Shown here piece after piece: positions 45,490-60,652 of a stretch of DNA of 64,000 nt. A program made the translations under genes and the position numbers. A model generated the notes under the pieces. The model made no database searches, was not told where the DNA came from, and saw only the letters and a list, made by a program, of their open reading frames with translations. The DNA is from Tubiluchus corallicola (lineage: Eukaryota > Animalia > Priapulida): positions 434,001 to 498,000 of the forward strand of contig JAQGDQ010000076.1 in NCBI GenBank assembly GCA_030141605.1. Direction: 5' to 3'. Positions within the stretch are counted from its first letter, which is position 1; every line of letters starts with the position of its first letter.

Positions 45490-46745
45490 GCAAGATTTGA
45501 TTTGAGTTAATATTTTATTTCAAACTTTACAAAGTATCACATCACAAATTAATACAAATAATACAATAAATCAAGACACACAACAATAACACAATTAACG
45601 ATATAACAAACTACGCCAATGACGTAGATTACAGAAGAAAAGTTTACATCACTGTTTAAAATGTTCTTGCATATAAAATTTTCACTCTTATTCAGCCTGA
45701 CGTGTAAACTGTATGCACATTTTCTGTGAATCACATCAAAATAAATAATATTAAGTCTGGTAGAAATATATCTGGCGTTCGTATCATATGAAAAGTTAAA
45801 CAGCTTCTGTGTTGATACATTTTATGCAACCTTGAGTTTGCTAAGATTGTAAGAACAAAAATGTCTCCAAGTGGACATACAATAAAAAGTAGTGCAGTAG
45901 GCATTAAACAATTGTCTCTTCACGTTAACTGAACAGTGAGTAAATTTCATGAATAATTTATTTGTTCTACCATAGTAAATTGAACATTGTCGCAATATAT
46001 CTAAATCATCTCTATTGTCTTCTGGTAAAATATGACCCAGATATTTTTCCTTTTTACTAGGTACAAAACTTTTACACTGCAAAAACAACAGACCCAAAAG
46101 TAAACTGCTGCATGTGGGCAGGGCGAAACGTGACAAGTTTAGTCTTATTCACATTTACAAGGATATCACATTCTTTAGCAAATTTATTAAAAATATCTAG
46201 CAGTCTCTGCAAAGCCGTCGAGGTTGTTGCTAAAAGACATATGTCATCAGCGTATATCAAGTGATTAATGCAGGCTTCAGCAATATGACAACCCACATCA
46301 GAGTTAGTAAGTGCAGCACTAAGATTTTAAAATAGAAGTTGAATAACAGTGGAGACATTTTTCCACCTTGACGAATTCCGTTGCCTACTGCAAAACTATC
46401 AGAGTTAAATTTACACCGTCTAACCAACATACGTTGTTCCGTATAATAAAAAAGCAAAAGTCTAATTACTACATTTGGAAGGTTAGTATTGATAAGGTTT
46501 AGGAACAGTTTGAGATAGTTTGCTCTATCGAACGCTTTTGATGCGTTAATAAACAGAATATGTACAGTGCTTTGTCGACTAATGTAATAGTCAAGCCCCT
46601 CTTTTAAAATATGGATGCACATCTCTGTGCCTAAGTTTTCAACAAAACCAAACTGGTTTGGCGTGGTACTGAAACAAGAACTGTAACGATTTAGAAGCAG
46701 TATTTCTATAACAATGCTTCCTACAGATGAAAGAGCACGTATCAC
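45490..46745 (-). mobile_element. 5'-truncated, frameshifted non-LTR retrotransposon (LINE) reverse transcriptase remnant
   Basis: Three overlapping frames give NQFGF..GTEMCI, F(I)NASKAFDR, GIRQGGKMSPLLFNFY, NHLIYADDICLL, NVNKTK, KYLGH (RT domains). An A/T-rich 3' region with AATAAA lies near 45515. Confidence 0.92.
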
Positions 46746-49700
46746 TCATGTTTTCACATGTGTGACTGTGAGACTGAGACTGAGAGGTGTTTTCAATCAG
46801 TTTCAAAGTAAGGAAAACTCATGCACCTTGGAACGACTTGCAACAGTAAATAATGTATTGTCAATCCACTTTAAATAACAATAATAACCTATTGGTAACA
46901 CCACGAGTTTCCTACAGCTATTGCTGTGCATTATTTAAATGCTTTTACTGTTCAGGATTTTTAATAACAGCTTACAGTGTTCAAGTGAAAAATCCAAAGG
47001 ATTCGAGCCGGGTAATTTACCCAAAGACTTCACGGAAAATGTGATATCCCCTCTAGGTGCGTAACAACAAGGTTTGGCGGCTAAATTTGACTAAAATGAG
47101 AGAAAAGCGAAATTTTGACACTTAGCATGGTTCTTTCTATGCTTTTCTGCAGAGCACGCCACAGCTGCAGTTTTTTCTCGATGACGTAAAACATGCTGAG
47201 TTTAGCAGCGTTTAGCTTGGAGACGTGATACGAGTTTTGCATCGATTTTTGCACACTCCACCGACATGCAAACTATTCGTAAAATTTCTTGGCGGGCAAG
47301 TAAGTGCTAAAGAGAGGTAAAACGACGCATCATCTTTTTACAAATATAGATAATTTAAAAGACAGATCTTTTTTGTAGTTTGTCAGAGTTGATAAATAAT
47401 GAGGGAAAAACTTAAGAAATGCGTAGTTAATGCTAGTTACGTTCATCATCATCATATCATTATAAATTTAAGTCAAGTTAAAGTACACTGGGCTGGGCTG
47501 GAAATTATTCTACTGTAAGTGTAACACACTGTAGAAAATAAAAAAAGTTATACTCCCGGTGTGGGCGCAACGCACATGCACAAATGACCAAGCAATGAAA
47601 AAAGTTTTTTCGTAATTCCATGACAGGGTGCAGGTCAGTGTCCTTTGCCTGGTGGCCCTCTGTCCACCCGTGTCCACATGTCTAACTGGTAGTCCTTTTG
47701 ACCGCTTTTAGTGGTCCTTCGTCCGGGGTGGCCCTTTTTAAGTCACCCTGAGCAGCATAATCGAACTTCTATTCCCTATTATTAAAAACCGTCATACTCA
47801 CCCCAAAAAAAACTAGAGCATTCATTTCAGGGAAGACGTGGAGACTCATCCGTTTGTTTTAATCCATTATGATTAAATTCTCCTGGAAAATTTACTTGCT
47901 CAACTTTTTTACTTGCTCAACTATCACTCGTAACTATAGCAATTTTTCCCCAGTGCATTTCCACATAATAATGCGTCTGTTTAGTCAGGACGCGGCTTCA
48001 ACAAATAAGTCGCATCGAAGATAATTTAGGGGATCGATGTGAAAATATTCCGCCATTGATGATGATGTATATTAAGTGAGAGGTGTTACACAGTGTGTTG
48101 TCTGCACTGTTTAATGCATACACCCATAAACGTCAAGAACTGACCAGCCATAATGATAGATTTTGCAATTTATAAATATGCAAGATATGTAAGTATGCAA
48201 CAGGCAACGGGTAGCGATTAGTTTAATTTCTCACTAGTTAAGATAGGCAAAATTTGTAGGGATAGAGTGTAGCATTAATAGATATTTTGAGCTAGTTGGC
48301 ATCGCACTTTTTTCCATATGATTTGTGCACGTCTGTAGAATATTAATCACATCTGAGATTGGAACGTAAGTGAAGGCCAAGCAAGTAAAACTGAAACGAA
48401 AGTACTGGGCAGCTTAGTATTTAGATAGCAAAAAAACGCTATGATTCGTCTCCTTTGCATTAAGGTGACAATCTAGTCTGAAGTACAGAATGAGTATATC
48501 ATGAGAATTTGTATGGTTACAGAAGTAATTGAACTACAGATATGCTAAAATCTGACTGAACGTGGCTACATAACGACAGCTTGAATAGTAATCTATTAAA
48601 TTTAAGTGACAGTGACGGGCAATTAGTGTTAGGAGCGGCCGGTAGTGGCCTTCAGTAATTTGTACTCAATCTTACATTGCTCAGTGAACGTGAAAACAAA
48701 TTTAATGAACAATCAAATGATCCTGTAAATCATTTCCACAAATAAAGCCTAAAGCACTTCTTCCTCACTTAAAGTCGACAATTCGTTATTTCTCTATGCA
48801 AATAAGTTGCCATTGCATATCCTTGTCAACAACCAGTTCACAATTTTTCTCACAGTATCTGATGCTGCGGGCTGCTCGTTCATAAACGAAACCACTTCCA
48901 CTTGTTAACAGCAACTCAACGATTTATCTTTCCCAATTTGATGCAAGTCTCACTACTAATAAATAAAAGGGCGGCGCTGCACTGCTATACCGTCTCTTAT
49001 TGCCACAAAAGTAAACCCAAAAATAGGCCACCGGTTTGAAATACCTGATTGTAACAATGCCAAGACCAGTTTTGGAATTATGGTTTTCAAAAGGAAAATG
49101 TATTTTGACTTTGACTTCGTTCGCACAGCTGATGTCACAAAATTGCTTGACAAGTTTGCTGGTAGCCAGGAATTTTCCGATATCTCTGTAGCGAAGCAAT
49201 TTCATCATAATGCAAATCAAAAACTTGCTTTGTGCAAAATTATAGTAAAAACATCATGCAGTAAGAAGCACTGCTTGTGGTGTTTTTCTGATTTCTTCTT
49301 CGTGCGTAGAAGCATTAATTTTTGCCCTTTAGATTTCCACCAGAAGCAAACCAAACATCTATTTAATAGCAGCTCGACGTTGCTTACCTATAGTAACCAA
49401 CGACACACATGACCACTTGGCTATTTTTCTTGTTATAATTAAACAAAAAAAATGTAGCCATCTATCGAATTTACAATGACGAAACTTTGAGGCGTTTCAT
49501 AGTTTTTACTCTCCAATTAACCGACAGACGTCACTGACAGCACTTAATCGATCTAAGCTTCTGCTTAACCGCTAACAAAATAAAGCTGTAAATTACTTGA
49601 GCAGAAAATTACTTTCACACCATATAAACTTAAGTTTATTTACTTAATTTATAAATAATCTTGACGTTATTGACATCAAGAAGATTCGAGAATTTCACCA

Positions 49701-52700
49701 TTCATGCTTGGGCAATAATAATGAAAAGAAGATGGCCCAATATGCGTCACTGATCTTCCTCTGAGATAAAGCAACAACGTAATAATTTCTTTGCATAAAT
49801 TGTTAAATCATGAAAACAGCAGTTATGGTTAGACTCGTCTAATTTTTGTTTGGTTAGGGTAATTTTACTATTATATCGGGTAATTGTCTTTACACAAACA
49901 GTAATGTGAAGTGAATAACCTAACGGTTGCCTAATAACAAAAGTTATTGGACAAGCTGCCGAGTTTGATTAGAGAGTGGACGCGTGACCGCCGGATTCCA
50001 GTACTTCCTCTGCTGGCTTCATCGCCACTAAATGATTCTGTCTGTTTACCTCGGTCAGGAAAGATGCATTCACGCCCGAATGCGGCTAAGACGCCATGCC
50101 AGTTCTCTGCTGATTCATGTTAGAGGATTATCTTTCATGGTGAGCTAAGCTAAATTCCGGTCTCGCCGTACGTCATATCAATGTTTGGTAGGATGTTGGC
50201 AGTGCTACTGAATGCTGGATACAGGCTTCGATGCGCCAAATTGTATGAAAAGCTGTGGAAGATATTGTCCAACAGTTAGTAAGCAGATAGTGTTTGCGGA
50301 ACTGCTTTTAGATCAGTTTTGTGTTAATCTCTCTTTATCATCTTGAACAGTAACTTGTGAAATGTTAACTTTGCTTTCTTTGCGCGGCGTATCCATCGGG
50401 GTAATTTCTCGATAAAGCAAACATTTGCACCGGTTCCTCTCGTTTTCTTACCAGTGACGTAAACGAGCCAAAGGCTGCTGAATGCTGAACCGCTATTGCT
50501 AAATATCTTGAAATGGAATGAAATCGTCTCTACTTCACTACGCCCCACGAAATGCCATTTCGAGAAAATTCTGCCATGGCGTCAAATGATATCTACCATT
50601 CATGATTAAACCAATAAAATTGATTTATCAACAAAACTTGTGATTTATCGGTTTTCTGTCGCACATACAAGTAATTAATTGTCATTTTTCATTATCTATG
50701 TTAACTTTCAGTTCAGTTCACTTCAGTTTTATTTCACTCCATTTAGGCGAACATGGGCGAATCGCACCTACAGGTAAAGCAGGCGGATGCTCATCAAATC
50801 ATTATAGGCACGCAACGTCAATAATAATTAATAAAACTTGGTGAGCTTTACAGGATAATTAGCGAGTAAGATCAATTCTCTAAGCCAAGTTTCGCGTGAT
50901 AAACCGGAGCGATGGGCTCGCAAATCACTATTGTCGATTTTACCGCTGCAGCTTATCGCATGATTGACAGTCGTATTCGCTATTGACCAAAAGTAAAACC
51001 GCTTTCACACCGAATTGTAACCATAACGGTAAGAGCAATCACAGCAAACTCCTGCGATTCAAGGCGAATTACGAGATTTATTTAGTACAGGGTGCACATT
51101 TAACAAACATGATTGTTTAATTAAGTATTATCATTTTATTGTTAAGATTATTAATAACGGTAAGAACCCAATATAATTAGATTTTTATACCAAACTTGAA
51201 AAACAGTCTAAATATCAGCTTAAATTTAAACCAGACATTTTCTGCTTACATTGCTCAATCACAGCCATTAATAACAACAAAAACAACAACTTTCACGAAG
51301 CGGTACGTCAAATATGAATAAATAAATGAACAAAGTAACTACAAACTTGTCTTCGGCATTGCAGCAGCGGCAGTCGAACCCGAAATTTAGGCGACTACTG
51401 AACATATTTAGTAGACAGAGAACATCGAAGCCACGACGTGTTATAAGCTAGGGTAAAAACAGACAACAGAAGCCCTAATTCTCCACATAATGACTATAGT
51501 CTTGCTCAGACTTATAGTATTTCTGCGCAAATGTGAACGCTGCATAAAAAGATAATTAGTAATAACGTCACAAGCAGTAAAATTATTGCATTTCTGTTTT
51601 CGTTGTGGCTTATAATATCATTCCAGAGATATACAACAAACTAATTAACTTATCTATCTTAGTCACCGTGATGTCGATCTCCGCATCAATTTCAGTGTCA
51701 GTAGAGCTTTTCTTCTGATAACGACAGACAACTAACGTGCTCAAAGAGAAGAATGATGACGTGGAAAGTTTAAAAACAGAAAAAGTGGGAGGAAGTGAAA
51801 ACAGCTGAAAGCCTTTGCAAGCATGGAGTATTGTTTGCATGTTAATTAAGCTTGCAAAATTATACGTTAAATATAACTCTGCCTGGAAAATTAAGTGACG
51901 AAAAGCATTGTACTGAATCTGCATCACACATGTTTCGCCGAGGAAATTAATTTCAGTGTAAAATTTGAAAAAACAATCTTCGTGCATTGACTCGACGAAC
52001 GGAGTAATTTTAATCAAAATTATTTGACGTAGGCAACCAAATATTGCTTATAATGGTTGTATTACATGCGAAGTTATTCATTTTGAGGATGAGAATAGGT
52101 ATAAGTCTTTTTTGGGCTGCGATAAGATTGACGTGAATTAATGTGATGACTTCCAGCCCTCCAATAACCTAAATTATCGCTCTCTTTTGCTAATCTCGTC
52201 TATCTCGTCTGCTTGCTTAAATTCATAAAAAACTTTATTCTTGTGAAAATTTCTAAAAAGTATGAACAGATGTGAATGTGTTAATTTAAGAGACTAGCTC
52301 ATATCAAACATGCTGCTAGGTGGCGCCACTTTACCATATTGCTAACAGGTTCATACACAGTTCCGTGAAAGCTACGTAACAGGGACAGATAGAACTGATT
52401 TCATTTTTTTTTCTTTTATTTACTACGTCGAAAAAAGACGTTCTTCGCACGTCAGTGACCTCACAACTAGAAGCAAAATGGCTGCGTGTTTGTACAATAT
52501 TACTGCAACAACTGTTGAGAAGGAGATTTTTTAAATTTTTTAAATATTTAAGGTAATAATGAATTATAATACTTGGTGTACTAGTAGGCTATGATCTTAC
52601 TACAGCAAACACGCAGAACAGTAATAACGACAGCCGCCATCTTGAGTTTCACTTTGGCTAATTACCAAACAGAAATGTCAGTGCTTCAGGCACATCGGCA

Positions 52701-55700
52701 GACAAAATTTTAGTGATGGTTTCATGTGTTAAGGAGAACAAGAAACCTGCAATAAGGTGCGACGAAGCACGAAATTTGCAAAATTTGTGCTTATACTCAT
52801 ATTTCCGTATATTCCTGTTTCTATTATTACTGAATACAAAGAAATGCTCCTGCACTGTGTTGGAGGTTCTGGAGCCTCCTCTCCTGTTTGACATTGTAGC
52901 CTCAAAAACTGAAAGGTGTGAAAAATCCGATAAAAGTAAGTTTTTATACCGTTTAAAATCAAAGTGATTGATTTACAAACCAACGAATTATGTGAGAATC
53001 CTTACTTTGCCAAAATGTTCTCTACAAGGAAGCCTAAAATCCAGAATCTTTCGCTTTCAAATTTGTTGAGTGCAATTGTAACAAAGAAATACGTATAACT
53101 TTAATACTGTAAAATAAAAATAGATCAGAGAAGCGTTAGAGTTTGATTTTTGTGATTAATAAGATGCTGCTATGCCAACGTTGATCTTTTCGTAGCTGTA
53201 AGAAGCATCGATTTACATACACTAGCACTCCCAGCTTATCGCTCTGCCACTTATTTTCCAAGGAATTTTAAAAGCATTTACGACCCATTTGTAAATTATA
53301 AATCATTTATAAGCTGATTTGTTGCTATAAATTCCTTTCAATGATGTAGCGAAGAAGATTTCATGTGGCGCAGATTTTAGTATGTAATTTGACATGTTGG
53401 TGTACTCACGCCAGGTATTGGATCTCAACATACGTATAACTTTGTATATTTTGCAACATGGGCCCTAAACATTCACATCTAGCAATTTTTTGCAGGACCG
53501 CTGGTTCACTAAAAGCCTTCTAAAAGGCACTTGATTTGCCTACTTGTTTGTTTGTTTGCTTTTGGCTATATATACATTAAACTTTTGTTTACACCATGTT
53601 ATACTGTTAAGCTTTCAAATCTCATTAATGGTTCTGTCTTTGTCCCTTAATAATAGCAATGCTTCCAGTAATAATTCCCCATTCTCATAATGCTTCTCGA
53701 TGTGTTCCTGATAATAAACTAGTGGTCCTTAGTAGGTCTCAGACCACGCATATCGTTAACGTCATTACGATCATAATATTTCACCTCGAGTGGCTATAAT
53801 TACAGACACAATGTCCACAATGTCAATAATCTGTTTAGAGACCTGTGTAATGAGGTGGTTTCTTATTAGGTTACAGCTTGAGAAGGTAAAGTTGGTTTCT
53901 GTGTAAAATAAAAGCAGTGAAATCGAAATATCTATAGGATTTTTCTATTTATGCGTAGGAAATAGCTCCACATCCTTAAATTATGCCAGATTTCTCAAGG
54001 CTTTTTTACTGCTGTAATTAATTTACTGATTGAACATGCATTATACTGAAAGTTGATATATTATTCAGTAGATTTTAACAGCGCGACAGTGGCTTTTTGC
54101 GGTATTAAACATAAATAACACTATTTAGAATTTTTAGATTAACTTTATAAGCAGTATAACCCTATAACTCTAAGACACTAGTAAATTTCTTGGAAAGTTA
54201 CTTTAGTTTTCATATTCGCGATATCAAATAATTTCCACACTATTACTGTCGGCTAAAATATTTATTAAAAACTCACATATAAGTAACACGCCAAAAAGTG
54301 AAGTGAACAGTACTTCGAATTTAGCTTCACTAAAAGTTCTTTATTAACACAGACAAAATATAAGATACGAGCAACAGGAGTAATATTGTTTTTCTTAACA
54401 CTAACGAGATATTGTTTCTCTCAATACTACAGCTCGTCATTTTATGCGTTTTTAACCTGCTGACATGTTTATAATCTTTTCCCCCAGAAATACATTCAAG
54501 CAATTGCGAAGACCGCTTAAAGTAATGAACTCTCTGTAATAAAAAACTGCCTGGATTGGATAAATGACGATTGTTGAAAGCTGGTAAGAAAATTCAGGTT
54601 TCTCGTGGAGCTGTCAAAATTTGTAAATCAACTGTTAATGACGCTGAATTCAAAATACTGTTTAACTGACTGTTTTTGGGCTGTTAGCAGTAGTTTTTGA
54701 CATCATGACTAGACTAACATTAACAAGCAGAACACATTTAATATTTAAGGTTCCGATTCACATAATATGTTTTCTCTTGCAGTGAAAGCAGACAATAGAT
54801 GTGACAGCATGCAAACTTACTGTTGACGACGTACGTATTCTTGACGACGCAAGAAGATGCCCACGCACAAAAAATCTGCTACCGGAAACGGAAATAGAAA
54901 AACTTGGACACTGCTCACAGTACTCTACAAGCTGATTTTGTATTCGTCACGTCGCTTCACACACCGTCTTCATTATCTCTGAGAAGAATTGCGTTCGTCA
55001 GGAATTTCACGTCTCGCCAGTTTCACTTGCTCGAGCTCCTGTTGCCCTCTCTCTCTTTGTTTCATACTTAACTGAACGCTACAGCAAATCCAGATACTGG
55101 CGTGTTTGCGCGAGGTACCCCAGCACCACAACTAACACGCTCACAATGACAGCAACAAGGCTTCTACACAGACTTAATTAAAATAAATCAGGCCTGTAGT
55201 GACTTTGTTTACTAGAACCACGCTTAAATCACACAGTGATTCAAACTCCGAGTTCTCGCACGTGGTTCCTGATTTCTGAGTTCGCCATGCCAAAGCTGTT
55301 TATTTTATAAACAGTAACACGTGCCGGGAAGCCAACGATTTAGTTCGTTCAACTTCGCTGCTCCTGACAGGATGTCAATAATGAGCCACAAAATTAAGTT
55401 TAATTTATTCTCCTTAACGTTTACCAATTTCAGAGACGATGACTCTTGGCAGGAGACTTGCGAAATCAAGTTATCAGGTTGATCAATTATTTTATGCAAG
55501 TCATCAAGTTCTCTGCGTGTCCTACACGATGTTACCCAGCTTGCAAGTGTGCAGTACATAAAAGTTGCATTCTTGCTCTGTCAGAGACACGATCGCATTG
55601 CATTACATCATCACGGTGCTGCTGTCATTCACGACCTTCATGGGTTCTTTCAACATGGTTATTTCAATATCAACCTAAAATTTCATGAAATTTTTAACAC

Positions 55701-57049
55701 ATCACACGCCGTTTTAAAATCTCTCGTAAAAGTCTACTAGAAGACCTGTTCTACTAGAATTCAGCTCTGCTATGTAGGAGTTCCGCAATGCTGATAACAA
55801 TGATGATGATAATCTTCTGTCAATCTAATTTCAGTTTAAACAAATGGTGCTTTGTTCCACAGCTGTCTCGCAGAAGGCGCATATTCCGTGGTATTTATGT
55901 GAGTAGACTCGAATCTACTGATTTGATTATGTCAGCGATTTCAGCGAGAAGCCTACTTCCAATGCGCAGAACTGCATGCTCACAAATTGCTTTGGCTTCT
56001 GGTCGCGCTACCCCAAGGCAGTACAACAAAGAGGGCGAATTCTAAAATGTCGCGAAATAAATGGCAGCGCAAAAATGAATGCATTTATAAAAAGACAATC
56101 TCCCGGAGGAAATTGAAGATTCTAATGCTTGCACTATCTCGCCTTAGTAACCTAAAATTTCTAATACACTCTGACGTTCTACATGCTATAATGAGTTGTA
56201 CATACCATTATGAGTAAATCGGCTGTAAGATCAATTATATATCTGATATAGCTAACACATTTGCTATTACTTTTTTATAAGCCAAAATCCGGCACTCAGT
56301 AGCAAGGCTTACTGAATGAGATGTTTATAGCGTTACAGGCTAACCCTCTAAGGTAAGACATTAAATTGACAGAGATGTCTTCTCAGCCATGTTCAGTACA
56401 TACATCCTCACTCTACAAGATAAACAGGCAAGATTTATGAATGATAGTGACATACCTACATTCACTTCACCACAAACCTCGCCAAAAACCCGCTAGTACC
56501 ACGGATTTACTAGTGACTATTGGCTACGAATGCTAAACATATATTACCCTCAAACCTAATGGCAACGGGTTTAGATCAGACCAACCCCCGTCTTAGTTGT
56601 TGAATTAAAAGACGCTATCACAATCTACGGATATCCGGTTAATTATTTTGCTTGTAGAGAACGTGCAAAAACCAAAGAAACGTGTCCAGCGTCTTAAAAG
56701 CGTTACGACACGAGAAGGCTTCAAAGGAAACAGCGCAAATTCAGTGATCTGTTCTAATACGTTGCAGATTTGCGGGAAGATTGTGAATTGGATAATTATT
56801 CACTTACTTGTCTAGGCGTGTTGTAAACCACTGGTTCTAACAGCTGATACGGCAGCGGCAAGGGCAGAAACCGTTCCGCTAGCTGTAAAGCGGTGTCGGC
56901 AAGTTGCGACGCTTCAATGGTCTAAGAAAAATGAGTTAAGAAATTTTTACTGCACCACTTGACAACTTTTCTGCCCCAACTGAGACCACATACAAACTAT
57001 GATTTTATGGCGCAAGAATGTTTACGCACACCTTTTACGAAAAGGAAAT

Positions 57050-57932
57050 CGAATTATCATGACAAGATCAAAATACTTAGGAGCTAAAAGTAACTTTACA
57101 AAAAACTAAAGCAAAATATTTAAATATATACTGTAAGTACAATCTTGCAAGTATCTTAAACATCTTTACTGGACATATTTACACTAAAATGTTCTCGGCA
57201 TCTAGAGGACGATCCGACGAAGCCATTTTCGTGTTGACTATTCTACACTATAAGCAACCAAAACAAGACAAAAAATGAAACTGTTTTCTTGTTAATTCGC
57301 CGAAATTAACTACTTAATGATGATTAATTTTCCTTCTGACGAGAAGAAGTGCTCACATTTATTGGATGATTTAGTGGCGACTTAAAGTTAATCTAATCAG
57401 ATGTATGCGCACGCTGAACGCCATTTAAAACGAAATGTCTTTATTGCTACATTGATTCAATACTTACGCAGAGCTGATCAATAATGCATTAAATTATTGT
57501 TCCCATGATTATAACTGAACGCTGAAATCAATAAAATGAGACTTTTATCTGGCAAATGCTGAAATATCGGTTGTGAAGAGAAGCCGCTTAAAATGGAAAG
57601 AGGCTCAAATGAACTCAAATCGGAAGAGGAAGATGAGGATCTGGCGCTGTCAGCTGATGTCATGCAGATAATTAAATCACACGTAGCTGAATAAAGGAGA
57701 AAAAAATGTGGAGTGGAGTAGTTCTGGAATAGGAAAGGAATTTCGCGAAAAAAATAAAATGGATACCCATAAAAGCATCGTGACTTGTATATTTTTATTA
57801 AATGCTGGAATGAGATTTAGAAAAATTAACGAAAAACCTGAAACTTTGAACCTGCTTGTTTACTTTAATTCAATTCGGCCCAGTGCGCCGGTCCGGTACA
57901 GTCCGGTTTGGTCCAAAACAGCACACTCCTGA
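57050..57932 (+). mobile_element. Possible highly decayed hAT element 3' end
   Basis: Broken similarity to the hAT C-terminal motif near 57235-57285 (LF..L*ATKTRQKMKL), an acidic coding-like stretch at 57575-57693, and clustered CCGGT motifs ending in ...ctcctg. Weak. Confidence 0.25.
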
Positions 57933-58183
57933 AAAATAAGCTAAAATACAAACGATATGTACACACAAAGGTCTGTAACTTCTGCCTGGGTTGAAAAATT
58001 AGCTGGTCCAGCTTTAAGATCTGCTACAATGACCCAGATGATTAGCACTAAACTCACTGAGTGTCAATCTGAAAGTAGTTTGTACTTAGAAACGCAATTA
58101 CTGGCTGGACTTCTTTTCGCAATATCATGGTTCACGTGGTTGTCTATGGTTATAGGGGCGAAACTGAGTTGTGAGATAATAAA

Positions 58184-58263
58184 GGTACAGCAATAACTAT
58201 TTGCTTGCGAGGACAGGTGATTGTCTGGTACAGCAATAACTATTTGCTTGCGAGGACAGGTGA
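58184..58263. repeat. 37-bp direct repeat with 6-bp spacer (period 43)
   Basis: ggtacagcaataactatttgcttgcgaggacaggtga occurs at 58184 and 58227. Confidence 0.95.
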
Positions 58264-58599
58264 CAAAAAGACAAATCTGTGAAGTCATGCTGATGGTTAC
58301 GTAATGAAAAAGCAACAAGATACATGTTCATATAAAAGTTAAGCTTTCAAAAAGATGAGGAGTCGGAAACGGTACTGGCACCGATCCTCAGTACGAATTC
58401 TACACTTAAAGAAGTTCAGGTGTAAAAAATAATAAATTTTTACTGAAATGGTAATGGAAAAGATGCAAAGATAACATATTATGTTTAAATATTTTAAATA
58501 TGTTCTGCTTTGTTTGCTCATTCATATATTGTAGCTGTCACGTTTTACGTCTAAATCATTAATTATCTATAATATTAACAGTGAAAACCTTGTTCCCAT

Positions 58600-58760
58600 T
58601 TTTAGTTAAGCTCGACAAATACTCACTTTGCCTTTAGCAAAGTCCCGCCATACTAGCTACGTTTTTAAAAAAGCTCCCTCACGCTAGCTTCACTTTTAGC
58701 ACAGCGGTATACACGCTTGATTCGTTTTATAGCAAAGCTCCATTTACACTTGCTTATATC
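58600..58760. repeat. Degenerate ~31-bp minisatellite (about 5 units)
   Basis: Recurring tttagcaaagct/..acacgctagct-like units. Confidence 0.55.
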
Positions 58761-59019
58761 TTCTAGGGGTTATAGCCGAGAAGTGAAGTAATAATATAAT
58801 AATATTTTCTTGTACTGGTTATCTGTTGGGAATTTCCCAAGAGTTTCTTGAGCAAACTCTTGTCTTGGGCACGAAACACAATGTGAGAATCAAGATAAAA
58901 TAATATTGTATAATGTATAATGTTATACCGAAAAAATATAATAATATTTTTATTTTATATATTTTATTGAATTGTGACGTGTTTTTAAAACACTGTTGAC
59001 TGAATGAAACACAGAAACT

Positions 59020-60585
59020 TTGTCAACTAAATGTATTTGTTCTCATTCAAAACCTTTTTGGTCGCAACACTTGAGCAACTTATCTAATGAGCTACGACAG
59101 CTGAGGAAGAATTACCTGAGATGCTCGAATTACACAAATAAATGGGCATACGAACAAGCAAAAAGTGTGTTTGAAGAGGAGCTGCAGAAAATTGCTGATA
59201 AGTGGTTTTATGAAAAATATAGAAATGCTACAAAAAGATCTTTTGTCCGAACCCCCCCCCAGATATCTGCATGCTAGAGCTAAATGTTTATACTGAAAAA
59301 GAGGATATTTGTGATGTTTTGTATAGAAGTTTTTTAAGTGGCGACCATGTCTTTAATGCAGATTTTGATGAAAGACGGAAACAACCAGCCATACATAATT
59401 TATTGGATGTTTTTAATAATGCTAGTAGTGTTGTAAATGATAATTTTTTGAATTGTGATTTTATGATGTGCACCTGGTAAAACAGAAGTTATTCCTTTTT
59501 CTATGGATAATTTGACAGGTAAATTAAATATTGGAAATGTTGACATAAATGACGTTAAAGATGGTAAAATTTTGGGAGTTACCATGATAACTCATTAACA
59601 TGTAGTAAACACTTTAATAATGTTAGAAAGAAGGCTTGGAACAGGTGGATGACAATTCGACGTAAATGTTATTTGTATAAAGGTTTTAGTTTGATGACAG
59701 TAATTGCATTGTTTAAGGCACTGGTATCACCTATTATTTTATATGGTGCGACTGCTTGAATGGCTCGTAAACATGAGTTCTTTGACGACCTAATTTATGA
59801 CGTCAGGAAAACTGCGACAGGTTGTCGCTTTCACCCATCCCGTGACAAGTTGGAGTTAATATGTGGATTACTGCCTTTAGAGATTAAGTGGAAATGCTTA
59901 ACAACAAAATTTATCTTGAAAACTTTGCCATTGCCGAACAGTGATCTAGTAAAATTAAATTTGTTTCGACTAAATAACAGTCCAATAACTCTAAGCAGAC
60001 ACTTTTTACATTTGGCTTTATTGGTGACTAATGAATTTTTAAGAATGATTAAAGATTTTACTGCCCGAAATTGAGATTTACGAGAAATCCCCCAAGCAGT
60101 CATTAAATATAATAAAAGTGATATTGATAATTATATATTAGCAATATGGAAATCTAAGTGTCTCAACAGATATCTTTATGGTGCATCTCCAGTTTATCCA
60201 TATTCTTTAAGTACAGCTCCCTTGCATATTCCAGTACAGAGAGGTAATAGAAAACTTGAGGTTTTAGCCTGCACATTTCTAACAGGTCAAGGCAATTTTA
60301 ATGATTTTCTATTCAGTGTTGGTTATGCAGACAATAATATGTGCCAGTGTTTAGACGGGAGGCAACCCCCACATCTTCTGTTGTTTAATTGTAAATTCGC
60401 AAGTCGCCTTAAACGTGAAAACTTTGTAAGCGTTTTACAGCACCAAGATGTCAGTTATATGTTAACTTGTCGTGCTAATCTGATTTTAATTAACTTTGCT
60501 AATATTTTGTTAGATAGTTTTATTTTGTCACCAACCAAACGGGATTAATTAATTTTAGAAAATCGTTATCAATGTCAGTTAGGAA

Positions 60586-60652
<67 letters not shown>

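Noticed and set aside
47620-47750. Cluster of ggtggccct/ggtccttt motifs
   Set aside because: It looks like an ordinary DNA-transposon internal repeat remnant. No termini or TSD could be defined.
54783-54830. Plus-strand exon-like segment with good acceptor (tttctcttgcag) and donor (gtacgt)
   Set aside because: It has stops in all three frames and I identified no partner exons. At most it is non-coding.
58184-58263. 37-bp direct repeats as a possible CRISPR array
   Set aside because: Only two units with a 6-bp spacer, a eukaryotic context and no cas genes.
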